In this document: positions 6,031-8,890 of the stretch, in pieces
Layout: each line of letters begins with the position of its first letter
Position numbering within the stretch: position 1 is the stretch's first letter
Source: Candidatus Jordarchaeales archaeon
Lineage (GTDB): Archaea > Asgardarchaeota > Jordiarchaeia > Jordiarchaeales > Freyrarchaeaceae
Assembly: GCA_038858525.1 (NCBI GenBank)
Contig: JAWCFL010000023.1
Span: 1 to 8,890 of the forward strand
Direction of reading: 5' to 3'
Length of the DNA: 8,890 nt
Made by a program: the position numbers and the translations under genes
The notes under the pieces: generated by a model
Databases searched by the model: none
The model's input: only the letters and a program-made list of their open reading frames with translations
What the model was told of the DNA's origin: nothing

Positions 6031-6729
6031 CTAGCTCCCCCCGGAGCCACCCTGCTTCTCCCTCCACCTCCTCAACGCTCTCTCTGCAAGTAGTTGCGAG
6101 TACTTTTCCCACTGCGGCTCCTCTCCCTCCTTTCTCCTCCATATTCTGAAGCGGCACGTCTCGGCGCCAGCTGGTATTATCCACTCGAACTTAACGTCGA
6201 AGTCTACGCCTCCTTTCTCTCTGAGAAACCTCATTATTCCCTCAACTAGGTACCTCTGGATTCTGCAGTCGAATGGAGCATAAACGTCCTGAAGAGGACA
6301 CCAGAGTATGTCGAACATCGCCTCGTCCTCGTTTAGGATCTCAGGTTTTTCCACCGAGGTCCACAAAATAGTGTTTATGGCCGTTGCGCAAAAGCTTGCT
6401 TTCTCTATTTCACTTGTCCCCTCGGGAAAATCAGCGTGCTCAAACATCTCCCTTGCAGCCTCATAGCCAACCTTCCTCAGCGCCTCATTGACAACCCTCT
6501 GCCCCTCGGGTCCAAGTGTTTCCTCGACGTCCCTCACCACTTGAAGTAAAGCCTTAGCCATGAAGACACCCCACACGAAGACAGACGCTGGGTCAAAGTC
6601 TGGTCTAACTGCAACATCCCGCCTAAACCTCTCAACAGCCTTACCGTAAGGAATACCGAACTTTGTATCCTTCCAGTTCTTCTCCTTGCGCTCACCTCTC
6701 GCGAGAATTCCATCCCTAATCAAGACCAT
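6031..6729 (-). CDS. V4R / L-2-amino-thiazoline-4-carboxylate hydrolase-like fold protein (putative metal and small-ligand binding)
   Basis: 232 aa, ATG with SD GGAGG at 6733-6737. The pattern E..G.EG..VV.EAL...G....; F.IL.WCPL; DC; GAETCRFRI is the Cys-Pro...Cys...Cys signature of V4R/ATC-hydrolase-like proteins. Confidence 0.7.
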   Translation of the reverse strand: MVLIRDGILARGERKEKNWKDTKFGIPYGKAVERFRRDVAVRPDFDPASVFVWGVFMAKALLQVVRDVEETLGPEGQRVVNEALRKVGYEAAREMFEHADFPEGTSEIEKASFCATAINTILWTSVEKPEILNEDEAMFDILWCPLQDVYAPFDCRIQRYLVEGIMRFLREKGGVDFDVKFEWIIPAGAETCRFRIWRRKEGEEPQWEKYSQLLAERALRRWREKQGGSGGS

Positions 6730-6779
6730 ACGCCTCCAACGAGAAACCTAAAAACGCCCTCCTTCTAACAAAAAATCGT

Positions 6780-7847
6780 TTATGTCTTAGCTCCGGGTAT
6801 ATGTTCAGGCGGCCTCACGGCTTTGAGCATTATCGCTCCCTCGGGACAACCGACAGCGCAGACGCCGCAGCCAAAACAGTTCTCTGGTATAACCCGCGCC
6901 TTGTACTTTCTGCTCCCTTCAGGCTTATGCATCTCGATGGCTTCGAAGTGGCATCTCTCGACGCACGTCTGACACCCCTTACACTTCTCCTCATTAATAA
7001 AGGCCTGCCACCTGCTCTTCTCAAGGGCTGCCTTAGTTACGGGTATGTTGGCCCCCTTGAGAAACATGAAGAACTCGCAGCAATCGCTGCAGCAATTACA
7101 GTTGACCGTGAGACCTCTTCCGCTCATCTCAGCCGTGTTACCCCAAGTATGTATTAAACCGTCTTCCTCTATCTTGTCGATAAGCTTCAACGCTTCCTCC
7201 AAGCTGAGCTCCACTCCCGACCCTCTCTCCAACACGTACTCTGCCCCCCTCCCTACTTGAATACAGTGCCATGTCTTTGATTCATCAGTATAGCGACACC
7301 CGTCACCCGCCAATCTTGAAACAGTCCGGCACGAGCACGGAACAACCGCTATCCTACTATTAGCCTTAAGTATCTCTCTTATATCTTCACATGGCAAAAG
7401 GTCGGGTGAGTCTTTAACAGCCTTGTATGCGGGAAGCACCCTCCAAACCTTCATCCCCGTCGCCTTTATCAACTGGCCAAACTTGGGGTAGTACTCCTTA
7501 TCGCCAAACTCCTTCCAGAGAGCTGCAAATTCTCGTCCCCTTTCAGGGTCAAGCTGTCTGGTTGCGAGTGTCGCATCGTGAAGCTGAATTATGTCCCTCG
7601 CAAACCTAAAGTAATCTCGCACCTTAAAATCCCTCGGAAAAACCACACCCCTAAAGAACAATCCGTCAAGGACCCTTCTAACCCTTTCAACGGGGAGCCC
7701 CGTCCTACTAGCGACCTCATCCACGCTCCCGGGCAGAGCAGCCGCAACCCTAGCCTCCTCCTCATCCATGAGAAAACTAAGAATCCTCCTTAAAAGCTCA
7801 GATCCTGGAAATCCCAAGGTCTCCATAATCTTTGAGTAAGGATCCAA
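6780..7847 (-). CDS. 4Fe-4S dicluster protein with N-terminal winged-HTH-like region and central Cys-rich (CSC...C...CNCCxxCC) domain
   Basis: Two CxxCxxCxxxC motifs (CKGCQTCVERC, CFGCGVCAVGCP) plus 10 further Cys. Start placed at TTG 7847 (MDPYSKIM..., 355 aa) because SD GAGGTGA lies at 7852-7858. In-frame ATG 7862 and GTG 7913 are alternatives. Confidence 0.88.
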   Translation of the reverse strand: MDPYSKIMETLGFPGSELLRRILSFLMDEEEARVAAALPGSVDEVASRTGLPVERVRRVLDGLFFRGVVFPRDFKVRDYFRFARDIIQLHDATLATRQLDPERGREFAALWKEFGDKEYYPKFGQLIKATGMKVWRVLPAYKAVKDSPDLLPCEDIREILKANSRIAVVPCSCRTVSRLAGDGCRYTDESKTWHCIQVGRGAEYVLERGSGVELSLEEALKLIDKIEEDGLIHTWGNTAEMSGRGLTVNCNCCSDCCEFFMFLKGANIPVTKAALEKSRWQAFINEEKCKGCQTCVERCHFEAIEMHKPEGSRKYKARVIPENCFGCGVCAVGCPEGAIMLKAVRPPEHIPGAKT

Positions 7848-8220
7848 AATCTCACCTCTCATCAAATAATTTAGGAAAAACGTAATTTCTGTTTTTTGGT
7901 GAGAACAAGCCACCTCACCTCTAATAAATAAAAACAGCTATCCACCACCAAATAAACCTCCCTTACAAAGTAACGCTAAAGCAACGAAAACGTCTTACGC
8001 GCTCAACAAAGCATCTATACTCTCAGACCTTAACTTTAAACGCGGTAACAAGAAAACTTCTTCATGAGCCTTTAAAGGGAATCGGTATTGAATCTAAATC
8101 AGCAGTAACGTGCTTAAAAGCAATATTCACGCAAAAATCTACAAGATCCAAAACGCATGGATGGGTACGTTTAAGCTTAATATTATTGCGCTAACTAACT
8201 TGCTTCCTGCGTATAAGCCT

Positions 8221-8890
8221 CTATAATTCGGCATGATAAGTGTAGACCTTGATGTTTTGCCTGGCGGCAAGTTCGTAAGCGTTATTATCAATTGTTGGTG
8301 CAACTAAAATCAAACGCGGCTTAACCCCCCTCTTTTCCTCGTAGAGACTACCAACTCTGAGTATTTCTGCAACGTCGCTTTTCCGGACCCTCGACTTAAT
8401 CTCTATCAGCATGTGAACGTTATCCTTAATAAGAAGGTCAACTTCAACCTCTGACGGCTCCCCATACACAACTCCCCTATCATCAAATAACTTTAACCGG
8501 GTGACCTCAGCCCCCTTAGCCTCCTCAACCAGTTCCATCATGGCATTACGGAAAGCAACCTCAGCCCTGATCCCCCACCTGCCACCAAGCACAGAAATTA
8601 AACCATCCAGCCTCTCAAACCCCCTCTGCATGTCAACCCTAAGATTCTTAACTTCAGCCCACAGAGCAGCTATCTCCTTGCTGTGTTCCTCGAACCTCCT
8701 GTTGAAGTCTTCTCTGAGCGTCACGAGCTCCTTTCGCAGCTCGTTTGTCTCCTTGCGCAGCTCAGCTATCTCCTTGCTGTGTTCCTCGAACCTCCTGTTG
8801 AAGTCTTCTCTGAGCGTCACGAGCTCCTTTCGCAGCTCGTTTGTCTCCTTGCGCAGCTCAGCTATCTCCTTGCTGTGTTCCTCGAACCTC
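8221..8890 (-). CDS. Coiled-coil plus PD-(D/E)xK nuclease-like protein (DUF3782-like); 5' end outside window
   Basis: Frame is open to the window edge (the GTG at 8820 is internal). Heptad-rich N-terminal part, then LGGRWGIRAEVAFRN, EVEVDLLI...LIEIKS (D...ExK catalytic motif) and PRLILVAP. Stop TAG 8223-8221. Confidence 0.85.
   Translation of the reverse strand, partial: RFEEHSKEIAELRKETNELRKELVTLREDFNRRFEEHSKEIAELRKETNELRKELVTLREDFNRRFEEHSKEIAALWAEVKNLRVDMQRGFERLDGLISVLGGRWGIRAEVAFRNAMMELVEEAKGAEVTRLKLFDDRGVVYGEPSEVEVDLLIKDNVHMLIEIKSRVRKSDVAEILRVGSLYEEKRGVKPRLILVAPTIDNNAYELAARQNIKVYTYHAEL
8667..8890. repeat. Perfect 96-nt in-frame tandem repeat (two full copies plus 32 nt, truncated by the window end)
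   Basis: CAGCTATCTCCTTGCTG recurs at 8667, 8763 and 8859. Copies are base-for-base identical and encode the 32-aa unit LRKETNELRKELVTLREDFNRRFEEHSKEIAE on the minus strand. Confidence 0.97.

Noticed and set aside
6780-7847. Fe-S protein as a RACo/RamA corrinoid reductive activator
   Set aside because: No ASKHA ATPase motifs are visible and it is too short.
8066-8100. CTTTAAAGGGAATCGGTATTGAATC, faintly like an archaeal CRISPR repeat end (ATTGAAAG)
   Set aside because: Single copy, no spacer periodicity, no cas genes. The 96-nt array is also not CRISPR: it has no spacers and lies in a coding frame.
8171-8180. Perfect palindrome TTAAGCTTAA after the nuclease stop
   Set aside because: Short and AT-rich; could be a bidirectional TATA-like box but no gene start lies at a suitable distance.

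Overview
Archaeal chromosomal segment. The archaeal call rests on GGAGG/GAGGTGA Shine-Dalgarno motifs, frequent TTG starts, TATA-like boxes and oligo-T terminators; the exact lineage cannot be fixed, but the gene content suggests an anaerobe. In order: the 3' end of a gamma-carbonic-anhydrase-like gene; an MNT-like/HEPN gene pair with degenerate catalytic motifs and a probable frameshift in an A7 run; a thiolase with a palindrome over its promoter; a non-canonical DUF71/Dph6-like PP-loop ATPase; an MtaA/CmuA-like (URO-D fold) protein; a C-GCAxxG-C-C redox protein divergent from a DUF169 gene; a V4R/ATC-hydrolase-like protein with a Cys-rich 4Fe-4S protein; and a coiled-coil PD-(D/E)xK nuclease carrying perfect 96-nt tandem repeats that run off the window. 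The best candidates for something new are (1) the 2553-7847 cluster of uncharacterised metal/redox/corrinoid-linked families, (2) the rewired MNT-HEPN pair and (3) the repeat-expanded nuclease. All family calls come from motif recognition by eye; no database search was run.
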